Shown: positions 37,881 through 49,205, counted from the first letter of the stretch. The stretch: 64,000 nt of DNA from an uncultured Chloroflexia bacterium (GCA_963814375.1 CAWFCQ010000003.1:191557-255556), one strand, 5' to 3'. Notes: a model not told the origin generated them from the letters alone. Numbers and translations: made by a program.

Positions 37881-38207
37881 ATGATGACCTGCGAGCAGTG
37901 CGGCACCCGCATGGCGCAGCTGCCGGTGAAGATCGAGGTGGTGCGCGAGACAGGCCCCATCGGCCTGCCGACGAGCCCGGCGCATGGCGAGACCGTGAAC
38001 TTCACGCGGCCGTATCGGTTCTGCTCGTCCGACCACCTCTACACGTGGGCGCGCGAGGCGCGGATGATGATCTGCAACCGGATGCCGACGCCATTCGAGG
38101 CGGGGATGCAGCCCTACCTGCCGTCGCGCCACATGGGCGGCCGGCTGGCGCTGTGCGATGGCCACCACACCGGCACCCACGAGTGGAAGGAAGCCTTCCC
38201 CGGCTAG
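37881..38207 (+). CDS. Small Cys/His-rich putative zinc-binding protein
   Basis: CEQC...FCSSDH...C...CDGHHTGTH; fills the gap before murA. Confidence 0.65.
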   Translation: MMTCEQCGTRMAQLPVKIEVVRETGPIGLPTSPAHGETVNFTRPYRFCSSDHLYTWAREARMMICNRMPTPFEAGMQPYLPSRHMGGRLALCDGHHTGTHEWKEAFPG

Positions 38208-38220
38208 ACTGCATCGGTCC

Positions 38221-39495
38221 ATGCAGAAGTTCGTGATCACCGGCGGGCTGCCGCTGTCGGGATCGGTCCGCATCGCCGGCGCGAAGAACGCGGTCCTCAA
38301 GCAGATGGCGGCCGCGGTCCTGACCGATGAGCTCGTCACCCTCCGCAACGTCCCCAAGATCAGCGACGTCGCGATCCTGCGCGAGGTGATGACCGATATC
38401 GGCTTCGCCGTCCATCGTCGCAACGGCGACGCGCTGGAGCTCCAGGCGGTCGAGGCGCGATGGCCGTTCGTGCCGCTCGAGGCCGCGAGGAAGATGCGGG
38501 CCAGCTTCATCCTCCTCGGGCCGATGCTCGCCCGCTTCGGGCGCGTCATCCTGCCGAACCCCGGTGGCGACCGGATCGGGCGGCGGCCGGTCGACTTGCA
38601 CGTGATGGCGATGGAGCGGCTCGGCGCGACGATCGACTACCGCAACGGCTACTACTACGCCGCCGCTCCTGCCGATGGGCTGCGTGGCGCCAGGATCGAC
38701 TTCCCGACGGTCACCGTGATGGGCACCGAGAACGTGATGCTGGCCGCCACCCTGGCGCGCGGCACGACGGTGATCGACAACGCGGCGCGCGAGCCGGAGG
38801 TGGACGACCTCGTCGCCATGCTGTGCTCGATGGGCGCGCGCATCGAGCGCACCGCCGAGCGCCGGATCGAGATCGAGGGCGTCGAGCGTCTCTCGGGCAC
38901 CGAGCACGTCGTCATCGGCGATCGGCTCGAGGCCGAGACCTTTGCCATCGCCGCCGCCATCACCCGCGGCGACGTGGTGCTCAGCGGCATCCGACCCGAG
39001 TATCTCGGCGCCTTCTTCGAGGTATGCGACCGGATCGGAGTCGCCTACGAAACCGATGCCGCCGCCTCCAGCCTGCGCGTGCTCCCTGCCGCCGATGGCC
39101 TGCGGGCGGTGGACGTCCGCACCGATCCGTATCCGGGCTTCGCCACCGACTTCCAGGCGCCACTGTCCGTGCTGCTGACCCAGGCCGACGGCGTCTCGAC
39201 GATCCACGAGACGATCTTCGAGGACCGCATGGATCACACCGGCGAGCTCGTGAAGATGGGCGCCGACATCGAGCTGCTCGACGAGCGTCGCGCGCGCATC
39301 ACCGGCCCGACTCCGCTGCGCGGCGCCGAGGTGCACATCACCGACCTCCGCGCCGGCGCCACGCTCATCCTCGCGGCCCTCGTCGCGGATGGGACCTCGG
39401 TGATCTCCGGCATCGAGCACGTCGACCGCGGCTACGAGCAGATCGAGGCCAAGCTCCTCGCCATCGGCGCCCGCATCAACCGCATCGAGGCCTGA
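38221..39495 (+). CDS. murA: UDP-N-acetylglucosamine 1-carboxyvinyltransferase (Asp-type)
   Basis: GAKNA, MRAS, PGGDRIGRRPVDLH, PYPGFATDFQ, DLRAGA, DRGYE. Confidence 0.96.
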   Translation: MQKFVITGGLPLSGSVRIAGAKNAVLKQMAAAVLTDELVTLRNVPKISDVAILREVMTDIGFAVHRRNGDALELQAVEARWPFVPLEAARKMRASFILLGPMLARFGRVILPNPGGDRIGRRPVDLHVMAMERLGATIDYRNGYYYAAAPADGLRGARIDFPTVTVMGTENVMLAATLARGTTVIDNAAREPEVDDLVAMLCSMGARIERTAERRIEIEGVERLSGTEHVVIGDRLEAETFAIAAAITRGDVVLSGIRPEYLGAFFEVCDRIGVAYETDAAASSLRVLPAADGLRAVDVRTDPYPGFATDFQAPLSVLLTQADGVSTIHETIFEDRMDHTGELVKMGADIELLDERRARITGPTPLRGAEVHITDLRAGATLILAALVADGTSVISGIEHVDRGYEQIEAKLLAIGARINRIEA

Positions 39496-39496
39496 C

Positions 39497-40300
39497 TCAG
39501 CCGGCTTGGCACCGCGGACACCAGTAGGTCACCCGCGCCAGCTCACCCTGGCGTCCGCTCCGGATCAGGCTTCCGCATCGCCGACATGGCCGCCCGGCCC
39601 GTCCGTAGACCCAGAGCGTCGAACCCGGCCTCGGATTCCCCGTCGTCACGCGCGCGCCGCCACCGGTGTTTGCCTGGAGCACGCGCCGCGCCGTTTTCAG
39701 CGCCGCCATCAGCTCCGCCTCCGAGAACCCATTCACCGGTGCCCACGGATCCATCCGCTCGATGAAGGCGACCTCGTTCTTCACGACGTTGCCGATGCCG
39801 GCCACCGCCCGCTGGTCGAGCAGCGCGCTCCCGAGCTCCTCCGCGCCCAGCGCGCGCAGCCGCCGCACCGCCTCGTCGAAGTCGACCTCGCGCGAGAGCA
39901 GATCGGGTCCGAGCTCGCGCAGGGGGCGGGAGCGTCGCAGGTCGGCATCGGTCAGGAGCTCGACGACCGGCGCGTCGAAGGCGACCGCGACGGCCTCCGC
40001 CGTCTCGAGCACCGCCGTGGCCCGGCGTGCCGGCAGCCGCCATCGCTCGCCCGGCCGATACCGATGCCACGACCCCCTCATCCGCATGTGACTTCGCAGG
40101 GTCAGCCCGCTGTCGAAGCCGATGAGCAGGTGCTTGCCCCTCGACTCGACGCTCGTCACCGTCGCGCCCACCAGCCGCGACAGGTCGGGGACCCGTCGCA
40201 AACCCGGCCCTGGTTGGGCACGCGCGGCGGTGATGCGGCGACCGAGCAGCGCGGCGCGCAGCACCTCGGCCGTGCGAAAGATCGTGTCGCCTTCAGGCAT
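39497..40300 (-). CDS. Fpg/Nei-family DNA glycosylase (Nei-like)
   Basis: MPEGD, RGKHLL, LLDQRAVAGIGN, C-terminal CxxC..CxxC finger. Confidence 0.92.
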   Translation of the reverse strand: MPEGDTIFRTAEVLRAALLGRRITAARAQPGPGLRRVPDLSRLVGATVTSVESRGKHLLIGFDSGLTLRSHMRMRGSWHRYRPGERWRLPARRATAVLETAEAVAVAFDAPVVELLTDADLRRSRPLRELGPDLLSREVDFDEAVRRLRALGAEELGSALLDQRAVAGIGNVVKNEVAFIERMDPWAPVNGFSEAELMAALKTARRVLQANTGGGARVTTGNPRPGSTLWVYGRAGRPCRRCGSLIRSGRQGELARVTYWCPRCQAG

Positions 40301-40301
40301 G

Positions 40302-40320
40302 GGTAAGCGAACGGTAACCG
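40302..40320 (+). promoter_or_regulatory. Direct repeat GGTAAGCG-N3-GGTAACCG in the nei/mreB divergent region
   Basis: Shares 14 identical nt (TAAGCGAACGGTAA) with the parA-upstream repeats. Confidence 0.5.
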
Positions 40321-40426
40321 ACGATCAATGACCATCGTCCCCTCCGAGGTCCCGACGCCGGATCGGTATACTCGCGGCGTCCCGAATCGCCCTCAGAGGA
40401 TCGATAGCGCACGCAATGAAGCACGC

Positions 40427-41419
40427 ATGAAGATCGGCATCGACCTCGGCACCGCCAACATCCTGGTGTACGTGAAGGGGAAGGGCGTCGTCCTCAACGA
40501 GCCGAGCGTGGTGGCCATCTCCGACGACGATAACCGCCTCGTGGCCGTGGGCGAGGAGGCGCGCGAGATGATCGGCCGCACCCCCGGCAACGTGCGCGCC
40601 ATCAGGCCGATGCGGGACGGCGTGATCGCCGACTACCTGATCACCGAGGCGATGCTCCGCTACGTCATCAACAAGGTGGCCCGCGTCCGCATCTTCAAGC
40701 CCGACGTGATGATCTCGGTCCCATCAGGAGTTACGTCAGTCGAGAAGCGCGCCGTCCGCGACGCAGCGCTCAAGGCCGGCGCCAAGGACGCTTATCTGAT
40801 CGAGGAGCCGCTGGCGGCGGCCATCGGCGCCAATGTGCCCATCGGCGGACCGAGCGGCAACCTGGTGATCGACATCGGCGGTGGAACGAGCGAGATCGCG
40901 GTCATCGCGCTGGGTGGGATCGTGGTCAGCGACTCCCTCAGGGTAGGCGGCAACCGGTTCGACGAGGCCATCGCGAACTACATACGGCGTAAGTACAACC
41001 TCATGATCGGCGACCGGACGGCCGAGGACGTGAAGATCCAGATCGGCTCGGCGTTGCCGCTCGAGGAGCCGCTGCGGATGGAGGTGAAGGGGCGCGACAT
41101 GATCGCCGGCCTTCCCCGCACGATCCCGATCACGAGCACCGAGATCACCGAGGCGATCGAGCAGCCGCTCCAGCAGATCATCACCGCCGTCCGCAACGTC
41201 CTCGAGCAGACGCCCCCAGAGCTGTCCTCCGACATCATCGACAAGGGCATGGTCATGACCGGCGGCGGGGCGCTGCTGCGCAACCTCGACAAGCTGCTGA
41301 CCCAGGTCACCGGCATCCCGTGCCACGTCGCCGAGAACGCGCTCAACTCGGTGGCCGTGGGCACCGGCATGGCGCTCGAGCACTTCGGAACGTTCCGCAA
41401 GAGCCTCGTCAGCCACTGA
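40427..41419 (+). CDS. mreB: Rod shape-determining actin homolog MreB/Mbl
   Basis: [30 protein letters not shown]. Confidence 0.96.
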   Translation: MKIGIDLGTANILVYVKGKGVVLNEPSVVAISDDDNRLVAVGEEAREMIGRTPGNVRAIRPMRDGVIADYLITEAMLRYVINKVARVRIFKPDVMISVPSGVTSVEKRAVRDAALKAGAKDAYLIEEPLAAAIGANVPIGGPSGNLVIDIGGGTSEIAVIALGGIVVSDSLRVGGNRFDEAIANYIRRKYNLMIGDRTAEDVKIQIGSALPLEEPLRMEVKGRDMIAGLPRTIPITSTEITEAIEQPLQQIITAVRNVLEQTPPELSSDIIDKGMVMTGGGALLRNLDKLLTQVTGIPCHVAENALNSVAVGTGMALEHFGTFRKSLVSH

Positions 41420-41429
41420 TGGGGCGGAG

Positions 41430-42311
41430 ATGACCATCGCGGCATCGGCGTCTGAGCTGCGGACGTCGCTGAAGGAGGAGCGCGAGGCCACCGGCCGGCC
41501 GCCCACGCAGCGCGCCTTCGTCGACTTCCACATCCACACCCGCTTCAGCCGCGACTCGATCCTGACCGAGGAGAAGTTCATCGCCAAGGCGATCGAGCGC
41601 GGTCTGACCCACGTCGTCGTCACCAACCACAACAACGTTGAGGGCGCGGTCGCCGTCCGCGACAAGGTCGCCGAGCTCGGCCTGACGGACAAGCTCACCG
41701 TCATCCTGGGCGAGGAGGTGAGCACCACCGACGGCGAGGTGGTCGGCGTCTTTCTGGAGAAGACGATCCCGCGCGGCCTCTCCGCCAACGAGACGGCCGA
41801 CGAGATCCGCCGCCAGGGTGGCCTGGTGAGCATCCCGCACCCGTTCGACCCGTTCCGCGGTTCACACATCAAGGAAGGACCGCTGCGCAACCTGGCCGAG
41901 ACGGGGAAGATCGACATGATCGAGGTCTTCAACTGCCGGGTGACGCTCCAGCGCCACAACCAGGAGGCCGCGGACCTCGCGCACCAGTACGGCATCCCCG
42001 GGATCGCGGCCAGCGACAGCCACTCCAGCTTCGAGGTGGCGATGGCGTTCAACGCGCTGCCGCCGTTCGAGACTGCGGCTGACCTGAAAGCCCTGCTCCC
42101 GCAGAACGAATGGCACGCCAGCCGCTCGACGGTCTTCATCCACGCCACCACGCGCTGGGCGGTGTGGCGCAACATGTTCGACTCCTGGCGCGGCAAGCGC
42201 ACCGCGGCCGGCCCGATCCTGGGCCCGGCGACGCCGGAGCAGGTCCGTCAGGAGCCAGTCCAGCGCCCGACCGAGGCTGAGCTTCCGCCCAAGGAGAAGG
42301 CGGACGAATGA
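41430..42311 (+). CDS. PHP-domain metallophosphoesterase
   Basis: DFHIHT, TNHN, GEEVST, PHPF, SDSH. Confidence 0.88.
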   Translation: MTIAASASELRTSLKEEREATGRPPTQRAFVDFHIHTRFSRDSILTEEKFIAKAIERGLTHVVVTNHNNVEGAVAVRDKVAELGLTDKLTVILGEEVSTTDGEVVGVFLEKTIPRGLSANETADEIRRQGGLVSIPHPFDPFRGSHIKEGPLRNLAETGKIDMIEVFNCRVTLQRHNQEAADLAHQYGIPGIAASDSHSSFEVAMAFNALPPFETAADLKALLPQNEWHASRSTVFIHATTRWAVWRNMFDSWRGKRTAAGPILGPATPEQVRQEPVQRPTEAELPPKEKADE

Positions 42312-43471
42312 CCGATACGCCTCCCGAGAGCCAGCCATCTGACGAAGAGCTCGACCCGCGCGAGGAGTTCCACGAGGACGCAATCTACGAGGCGGGGACG
42401 TATCTCGACGCTCCGCTCGACGAGCCGATCCCCGAGCGGGAGGTCAGCCTCACCCGCCGCGTCCTGAACTGGAAGACGATCGGATCGGTCATCTTCGCCA
42501 TCGCCCTGCTGGCGCTCGCCTTCCGGACGATGGGCGCCAACCTCGGCCGCACCCTGGAGCTCATCGGCAACGCCGACCTCCGGCTGCTGGCGCTCGCCTT
42601 CTTCGCGTACTACCTGACCTTCCCGATCCGCGGCTGGCGCTGGCGTTACGTCCTCTCGAAGGTCGGCACCCACATCGGCTTCAAGGACGCGACCGAGATC
42701 CTGTACCTGTCGTGGTTCGTGAACTGCCTGGTGCCGGCCAAGCTCGGCGACCTGTATCGGGCGTACCTGCTCAAGGGCAACTACGGCGCATCGGCCTCGC
42801 GCACGGTCGGCACGATCTTCATCGAGCGCATCGCCGACATCATCGTCATCTTCTTCCTGGCGCTGGCGGCCGGCTTCTGGAGCTTCCGTAACACCGAGCG
42901 CCTGCCAATCGTGAACCTGCTCTTCCTCATCGGCCTCATCGCCGCCGCGGTGCTCGTCGTCTTCCTCGTCGTGCTGCGCGGCTGGGGCGCGAAGCTGGCC
43001 CCGAGGCTTCCCGCTCGCCTCGCCAACCTCTGGGAACGCTTCCACGAGGGCAGCACCGGGACGCTGACCCTGCGCAGGCTGCCCTTCCTGCTCGTGGCCA
43101 CCGTGGCGATCTGGCTGCTCGAGGGGGCGCGCCTCTACTTCGTGATCCAGGCGCTCGGCCTGCCGGGCGTGGACCTCGGCATCAGCGCGTCGATCTTCGT
43201 CGCCCTGGCCGCCGCGCTCCTCACCGCCATCCCGCTGACGCCCGCCGGGGTCGGGTTCGTCGAGGCGGGCATCGCCGGCGCGCTGCTCATCTACGGGGTC
43301 TCCGGCGACCAGGCCGCGGCGGTGGCGCTGACCGACCGAGGCATCAGCATCCTCACCGTGATCGTGTTCGGCGGGATCCTCTATCTCTTCAGTGACAAGG
43401 TGCGTCGCGCCCACGGCGGCGGCACGCCGCAGACCCCAGCCGATCTCCAGGAGCGCCCGCTGCAAGGCTGA
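42308..43471 (+). CDS. Lysylphosphatidylglycerol-synthase-TM / flippase-like membrane protein
   Basis: RGWRW, NCLVPAKLGDLYR, ERIAD, PLTPAGVGFVEA, DR. Confidence 0.88.
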   Translation: MTDTPPESQPSDEELDPREEFHEDAIYEAGTYLDAPLDEPIPEREVSLTRRVLNWKTIGSVIFAIALLALAFRTMGANLGRTLELIGNADLRLLALAFFAYYLTFPIRGWRWRYVLSKVGTHIGFKDATEILYLSWFVNCLVPAKLGDLYRAYLLKGNYGASASRTVGTIFIERIADIIVIFFLALAAGFWSFRNTERLPIVNLLFLIGLIAAAVLVVFLVVLRGWGAKLAPRLPARLANLWERFHEGSTGTLTLRRLPFLLVATVAIWLLEGARLYFVIQALGLPGVDLGISASIFVALAAALLTAIPLTPAGVGFVEAGIAGALLIYGVSGDQAAAVALTDRGISILTVIVFGGILYLFSDKVRRAHGGGTPQTPADLQERPLQG

Positions 43472-43494
43472 CGGCAAGGCGCCCGCGGTACCTT
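43462..43494 (+). promoter_or_regulatory. Promoter GCAAGG-N6-GCAAGG-N9-TACCTT upstream of the XRE gene
   Basis: Same spacing as 53592-53624 and 56700-56732. Confidence 0.65.
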
Positions 43495-43595
43495 CCTCCT
43501 ATTGAGGCACCTGCTGCCCCGCGGGATGCTCCGGTTGCTCGCACGCACCGGCACATGCAATGCATCGGTAGCGGTGAGCGTACATAAGGTCGCAG

Positions 43596-44000
43596 ATGAC
43601 CCTGCAGACACCGCAATCCTTCAACGCCTGGCTGCGCGGCCAGCTGAAGGAGAAGAAGATGAGCCAGCGCCAGCTGGCGCTCCAGTCGGGGGTGGATCAC
43701 TCCACTATCAGCCGGCTGATCAAGGGTGACCGCATGCCGTCGCTCGGCACCGCCACGAAGCTGGCGCGCGGGCTGCGCGAGATCCACGACGAGGCCGAGG
43801 GGCCGGCCTACTTCGCATCCCTCAACTCGCGCACGATGATGCCCACCACTCGCGTCGAGTACGCACTGCGCGGAGACGACTCGCTGACGGAGGCGGACGT
43901 CCGCGAGCTGATGCAGGCGTACATCGCCCTCCGCGCCCGACGCACCCGCGCCGGCGGCAACGGCCAGTCCGGGCCGAACGGGTTCACCGCGAGCCGCTGA
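43596..44000 (+). CDS. XRE-family HTH transcriptional regulator
   Basis: MSQRQLALQSGVDHSTISRLIKGDRMPSL. Confidence 0.9.
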   Translation: MTLQTPQSFNAWLRGQLKEKKMSQRQLALQSGVDHSTISRLIKGDRMPSLGTATKLARGLREIHDEAEGPAYFASLNSRTMMPTTRVEYALRGDDSLTEADVRELMQAYIALRARRTRAGGNGQSGPNGFTASR

Positions 44001-44914
44001 CCCCCTCCCGGCGAACGACACGCGTCGAGCGCCGATTCGTTCGAAACGCCTTCGGCGGCAGCACCGGCAGATCGTCCGCGCCGTTCCACAGCATCCACGC
44101 ACGCCGCATGTTGACCGCGTCCCAGCCCTCGTCCGTCGTCCGGGCGTTTCCATGACGAAGGTGGTGGCCGACAGCCGCGGCATCCCGCAGCAGCGCACCA
44201 AGCCCAACCGGACCGATGCGGCCCGCGCCGACATGCTCGTGACGATCGGCGCGCGAGCCGAGGACCGAGCGCGAGTCGTTGAGGTGGACGAGGGCCAGCC
44301 GCTCCATCCCGATCAGCTCCTCGAACCGATCCACCACGGCGACCATCCCTTCCGTCGAGGAGATGTCGTAGCCGGCGCCCCAGAGATGGGCGGTGTCGAG
44401 GCAGAAGCCGAACCGATCCGGCGGCGCCGCGACACCGTCGAGGATGCGAGCCAGCTCCTCGATCCGGGAGCCGAGCATGTCGCCGCCGCCCGATGAGTTC
44501 TCGAGGACGAGGCGCACACCCGCCGGCGACTGCGCCGAGGACGGCGCGGACGTTCTCCACGATGCGCCTGAGGCCGGCCTCGGCGCCCACGCCACGGTGC
44601 GAGCCGATGTGGGTGTTCACGATGGTCGCCCCGTACGACGGCGCGCGCTGCATCTCGATCACCAACCCCTCGCGCGACCGCGAGGCGAAGGGCTCCGCGG
44701 TTCCGGCGAGGTTGATGAGGTACGAGGCGTGGATGGCGATCACGTCGAGCCCCTCCCGCGCCGCGTAGTCGACGAACTCCGGCGCCTTGAGCGGTGGCTC
44801 GGGACGACGGCGCCAGGCGGTCGGGTTGTCGGTGAAGATCTGGAGCGCCCGTGCTCCGATCTGGCGCGACCGACGGGCCGCGCGCAGCAGCCCGGTCATG
44901 ACGCCGAGGTGCAT
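43984..44914 (-). CDS. nfo: Endonuclease IV (frameshifted; start uncertain)
   Basis: QIFTDNP, HASYLINL, HIGSH, LENS, CLDTAH, HLNDS, DRHEH across frames. Confidence 0.88.
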
Positions 44915-44984
44915 CCCGACCGTCGGCGCACCGTCGGGCCAGGTGAGACGCCGCCGCGGCTCGGGCCGTGCTACGGTGCGGGCC

Positions 44985-45128
44985 ATGGCCGACGAGCCGA
45001 CTGCTCCCGAGTCCGAAGGCGATCCAGCGCCGCGCGATCCCGACCTCCTGTCGATCGGGCTGGCGGTCTTCTTCGTCTCGCTGATCGGGATCGTGGCGCT
45101 GCTGCTGATCGTGCCCGCGCTGTTCTGA
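44985..45128 (+). CDS. 47-aa single-TM hypothetical protein
   Basis: MADEPT...LLSIGLAVFFVSLIGIVALLLIVPALF; TACGGT 7 nt upstream. Confidence 0.55.
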   Translation: MADEPTAPESEGDPAPRDPDLLSIGLAVFFVSLIGIVALLLIVPALF

Positions 45129-45143
45129 GCGCGTACCCCGAGC

Positions 45144-45743
45144 TCAGCGGGATCCTCCGGCACGGCGCTCGATGACGGGCTGGATGACCCCGTAGTTGCC
45201 GTCGGCGCGCCGATAGACGACCGCCACCTCGGACGTCTCGGCGTCGAGGAACACGAAGAAGGCGTGGCCGAGCTCCTCCATCTGGGCGATGGCGTCCTCC
45301 TCGAACATCGGCAGCATGTCGAAGCGCTTCGTCTTCACGACCGTCGGACCCTCGCCGTCCCCTCGGCCGGCCTTACCGGTGTCGAGCGTGCCGAGGGCCT
45401 CGCGCGCCAGGACGGAGGTAACCTCGTCGCTGTGGCGCTCGCGTACGCTGCGCGGGCGCTGCTTCGTGCGCACGACCTGGCGCTCCAGCTTGTCGAGCAC
45501 GATGTCGAGCGCGGCGATCGGGGTCGCGCCCGATGCCGTCGAGCGCAGCACGTCCCCGCGGTTGCGCAGCGTGATCTCGGCCACCTGGGCGCTGTCGGTC
45601 GCATGCGACGCGTTGGCGATGAGCTCGACATCGGCCTCGGCGAGGTCGTGCGTGATGCGGTCGAGCCTCTTCAGCTTGCGCTCGATCTGCGATCTGAGCT
45701 GATCGTCGAGCTCGAGGTTGCGGGCCGTCAGGTTGGTCTTCAC
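45144..45743 (-). CDS. hpf: Ribosome hibernation promoting factor (long HPF)
   Basis: KLERQV, EEDAIAQMEELGHAFFVF, VVYRRADGNYG. Confidence 0.92.
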   Translation of the reverse strand: MKTNLTARNLELDDQLRSQIERKLKRLDRITHDLAEADVELIANASHATDSAQVAEITLRNRGDVLRSTASGATPIAALDIVLDKLERQVVRTKQRPRSVRERHSDEVTSVLAREALGTLDTGKAGRGDGEGPTVVKTKRFDMLPMFEEDAIAQMEELGHAFFVFLDAETSEVAVVYRRADGNYGVIQPVIERRAGGSR

Positions 45744-45800
45744 TCTTCCGTGCCCTCCGCTGCGCGCCGTGCGAGTCGGTGCCCTTACCCTAGCACCGCC

Positions 45801-46455
45801 CTATACCTCGCGGGCAACCGCGAACCCGTAGACCTCGTCGGCGCCAGCCGCGCGGAGGACCGATGCGCACGCGTCGAGGGTCGCAGAGGTGGTGACGATG
45901 TCGTCGACCACGATCACCGTCGGCGGAAGCTCGATCCCGGGCCGCACGGCGATCGCATCGCGCAGGTTTCGCAGCCGCGCTGCCCGATCGAGCCGGTGCT
46001 GCCGCTCGGTCGCGTGGCGGCGCTCGAGCAGCGTCGATCACCCGTAGCCGCCGTGCTCGAGCCAGCGCCTCGGCGATCAGCGCCGCCTGGTTGTAGCCAC
46101 GCGTCCGGCGGCGCTCGAGATGGACCGGCACCGGGACCAGCGACGCAGGACCGCTGATCGCCAGCAGCCGGTCGAACGCCGGCAGCGCCGCGGTCGCCAG
46201 CGGACCCGCCACCCGTGCCGCCCCGGCGTACTTCAGGCGTCCCAGCGCGCGGCGGACCGGACCCTCGTAGGCCAGGGCGCTGATCGCCAGCGTCAGCGTC
46301 TCCGCGATGACGACCCCGGCGTCCGGCGCCACGAACGCGTCCGCAGGCCGAGACGGCGGCGGCATGGCGCTCAGGCATCGGTCGCAGAGCAGCGCGCCCG
46401 AACGTCCGCAGGCCGCGCAGGCCGGCGGCAGGACGAGGTCCAGCAGCGAGGCCAC
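45801..46455 (-). CDS. comF: ComF-family protein (frameshift near 46030)
   Basis: CAAC..LCDRC, VPVPVH..RGYNQA, VVDDIVTTSATL; located upstream of hpf. Confidence 0.88.
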
Positions 46456-46657
46456 GCCGTCCAGTTGTGGGTCGCCGCGGCGTACCCGAGCCCTTACCAG
46501 CGGCTTACCGCCGCCTCGTTGCCGGACCGCAACACGTAACCGGTACCGGAGTACTCGCCCGCAGCCCACCCCTGGTCAACCGACCCCACCGGAGTCGCCA
46601 CGCGGCCGCGCCGGAGGTACTTGCCGCCGCTGGTACCGCTGCCGTACAAGCGCAGTC

Positions 46658-46946
46658 ATGAACCCGAGGCGCATCCCGAGCAACCGGCCGGCGCGTCCTC
46701 GTCCTGGGTCGCGCGCTGTCCCTGCTCGCGATCGCGTCGCTGGCGACGTCGTTCGTCACGTTCCGCGCCGCGCCGGTCGCGGCGACGGAACCAGCCGGCA
46801 TCGTGTCGGTCGAAATCGCCATGGCGGCTGCCGAAGGCGAGTCGTGGCTGAGCGTGCCGATCGCGATCCTGCTGACGCTCTTCCTCGGGGCGCTGGTCGC
46901 GATCGCCTTCGTGACCGCGAAGGTGAGGATCGACCGCCGGAGCTGA
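46658..46946 (+). CDS. Hypothetical small membrane or secreted protein (probable frameshift)
   Basis: Hydrophobic frame LSLLAIASLATSF...WLSVPIAILLTLFLGALVAIAF. Confidence 0.4.
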
Positions 46947-47004
46947 TGGCACCGCGCGGGCCCGGTGGGGGAAGCCGGGCCTGCGCACCAACTCCCGAGC
47001 AGTG

Positions 47005-47032
47005 GCGGGACGGAGGGCTACCTCCGTCCCGC
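47005..47032. terminator. Hairpin between convergent genes (end of Tad cassette 3)
   Basis: GCGGGACGGAGG-GCTA-CCTCCGTCCCGC followed by TTCTTC. Confidence 0.7.
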
Positions 47033-47048
47033 TTCTTCGTGCCTCCGG

Positions 47049-49162
47049 CTACGGAACCACGAGGCGGACCGGGTTGCCCCGGATGGTGACCTCCCAGGTC
47101 GTGGTGTCGTTGCCGTCGTTGACCGTGTAGTGGATCTTCCACCAGCCCTCCTCGGTCTCGCCCGAGGGCAGGAGGCCGGCCGAGCCGTAGTTGGCCGTCA
47201 GCGGCACGTTGATCGTGATCCACGAGTTCTGGTACAGGCTGCCGCCGGAGGTGATGTTCGTGCAGCCCGCCGGCGCGGCAGGGCCCCCGCCGCCGAAGGT
47301 CTGGATGCAGGTCACGTTCGTGCCGCTGCGTCCGTTGTCGGCGGTGTAGTCGAACGTCACCGGGTCGTACGAGTTGCCGTCGGGGCTGTAGATCTGCATC
47401 CATGCCTTCTGGCCCACGTCACCGGGGTCGAAGAGCCGGATCTCGACCGTCTTGCCGGCGCCCTGCTGGCGATCGATCTGGGCGAGGTAGAAGGTCTGGC
47501 CGCCGCCGGTGATGTTCGCGTAGGACACCATCCGACCCGATCCGTAGATCTTCCCGTCGGCGCCGTCGGCCAGGATCGACCACATGTTCTCGAACGACTC
47601 GGTGCTGTTGCGCGTCCCATCGGACGGCGAGGTCGTCGTCACCTGGAGCCGATACGTCCCGGCCGACACCGTCGCCATCGGCCACCACTTGTTGTGCCAG
47701 TAGCCTCCCGACGCCGGGGTTGGTGATCGCGCCCTCGCTGCAGTTGGTCGGGTTGGTCGGCTCGCCGCCGTCGCTGAAGCTGCCGACGCCGGTCACGATG
47801 TCGGCGTCGTACTCATCCTGGAACAGCGTCCGGACTCGGTCATGAGCGTGTGCGCCGACGTCAGCGGCGACCCGTTCGTGTTCCACAGCCGGTAGTAGGT
47901 GGACACCGTCTCGGCGTCGCCGAGCCAGTGGTCGCCGGTGCCGTAGTGGCCGCCGATCGGCGCGCTGGCTGTCGCGCAGAAGGTCGGATCGAAGAGATAG
48001 ATGACGCCGCCGCTCGGCATCTCGATGGTGTAGTCGTAGCCGTCGGGGTCGTAGTCGGCGTTGGCGCCGGCGCCGTTGCGTCCGGTGGCGTAGGCGTCAC
48101 CGGTCGAGCGGTTGCTGCCCTGGCCCTCGATGGCGCCCCAGAAGCCCTGGCTGCAGTTCGCGGCGCCGCACAGCGGGCCGACCCGTCCGCCGCCGGGATC
48201 TGGCGCGGCTGCTCGGTGGCGGGACCGGTGTAGAACACCCTGACCGTGACGTAGTCGAGATCGGTGCGTGCGGTGTCGACGCAGTTCGTGCCGGGGTCGA
48301 CATCGGTCACGCGCAGGACGAACCTGCCGTTCGCGACCTCCGCCGGGACCCACGTGTGGCCCCAGTTGTCTGCGGCGCCGCCCAGCGTCGGGTACGGCGA
48401 CGTCGGGAAGGTGCCGGTGATGCTCCGCGTCTTCTGGCTCGTCCAGGTCACGCCGTCATCCCAGGACAGCTGAACGCCGATGGAGCAGCCGCTCGTGTCG
48501 GTCGAGCGTGCCTTGAGGCGCACCTCGACCCCGGCGATCGAGCGACCCGGCCGGGATCGTCATCCCGAAGTTCCCGTATCCCTGCTGCGCGCCGGTCGCG
48601 TTGTTGGCATGGGTGCTGCCGCCGTCGAGCGAGCGCCCCGTTCGGAGTCGTCCACCCGTTCGGCGCGTGGGTCGCGGACGGCGTGAACTCGCCGGTGTTG
48701 GTTGGCGAGCTCGGCACCATCGTGCGGAAGTCGCCGACGCCGTAGTAGTTCAGCGGGCTGCCCATCGGCACCGGAAGCACGAAGTCGGCCTTCGCGGTCC
48801 GCGTGACGGTGAGCTCGTCGAAGCCGAACAGCCCCATGAAGAAGGTGTCGACCGGGGCGGACACCGTGACGAGCATGCGTCGCGGGTTGTCCGGGTCCTG
48901 GCGCGGGGTCGACCACCACGCCCATCGACGCCGTTGCGGTACCCGTTCTTGCGGGTCTCGTCGAACGCGTCGGTCCTGGCGCTGACGACCTGCCCGGGAA
49001 GGTTGACCACGCCGGCCAGCGCGCCGCGTCGGCAGCGCGCTGCACGCGCAGCTCGTTCGCCCAGATCCACGCCACGTCGACGACGAAGGCGGAGAAGCCG
49101 ATGAGGATCGTGAGCAGGAACGCGAAGATGACGAGGATCTGTCCGCGGCTCGGCGGACTCAC
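47049..49162 (-). CDS. Large TadG-like minor pilin / tip adhesin (cassette 3; multiple frameshifts)
   Basis: RG|QILVIFAFLL..VVDVAW..QRAADAAALAG followed by a long Thr/Gly/Asn/Cys-rich extracellular region. Confidence 0.8.
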
Positions 49163-49205
49163 GGGGCTCCGTGGCTGGGCGGCTCGTGGGGCGTCATCGT
49201 CGGCC

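Noticed and set aside
46953-46992. Third copy of the GTGG-headed repeat
   Set aside because: Only GTGGGG and CCAAC match; it is better read as a simple hairpin
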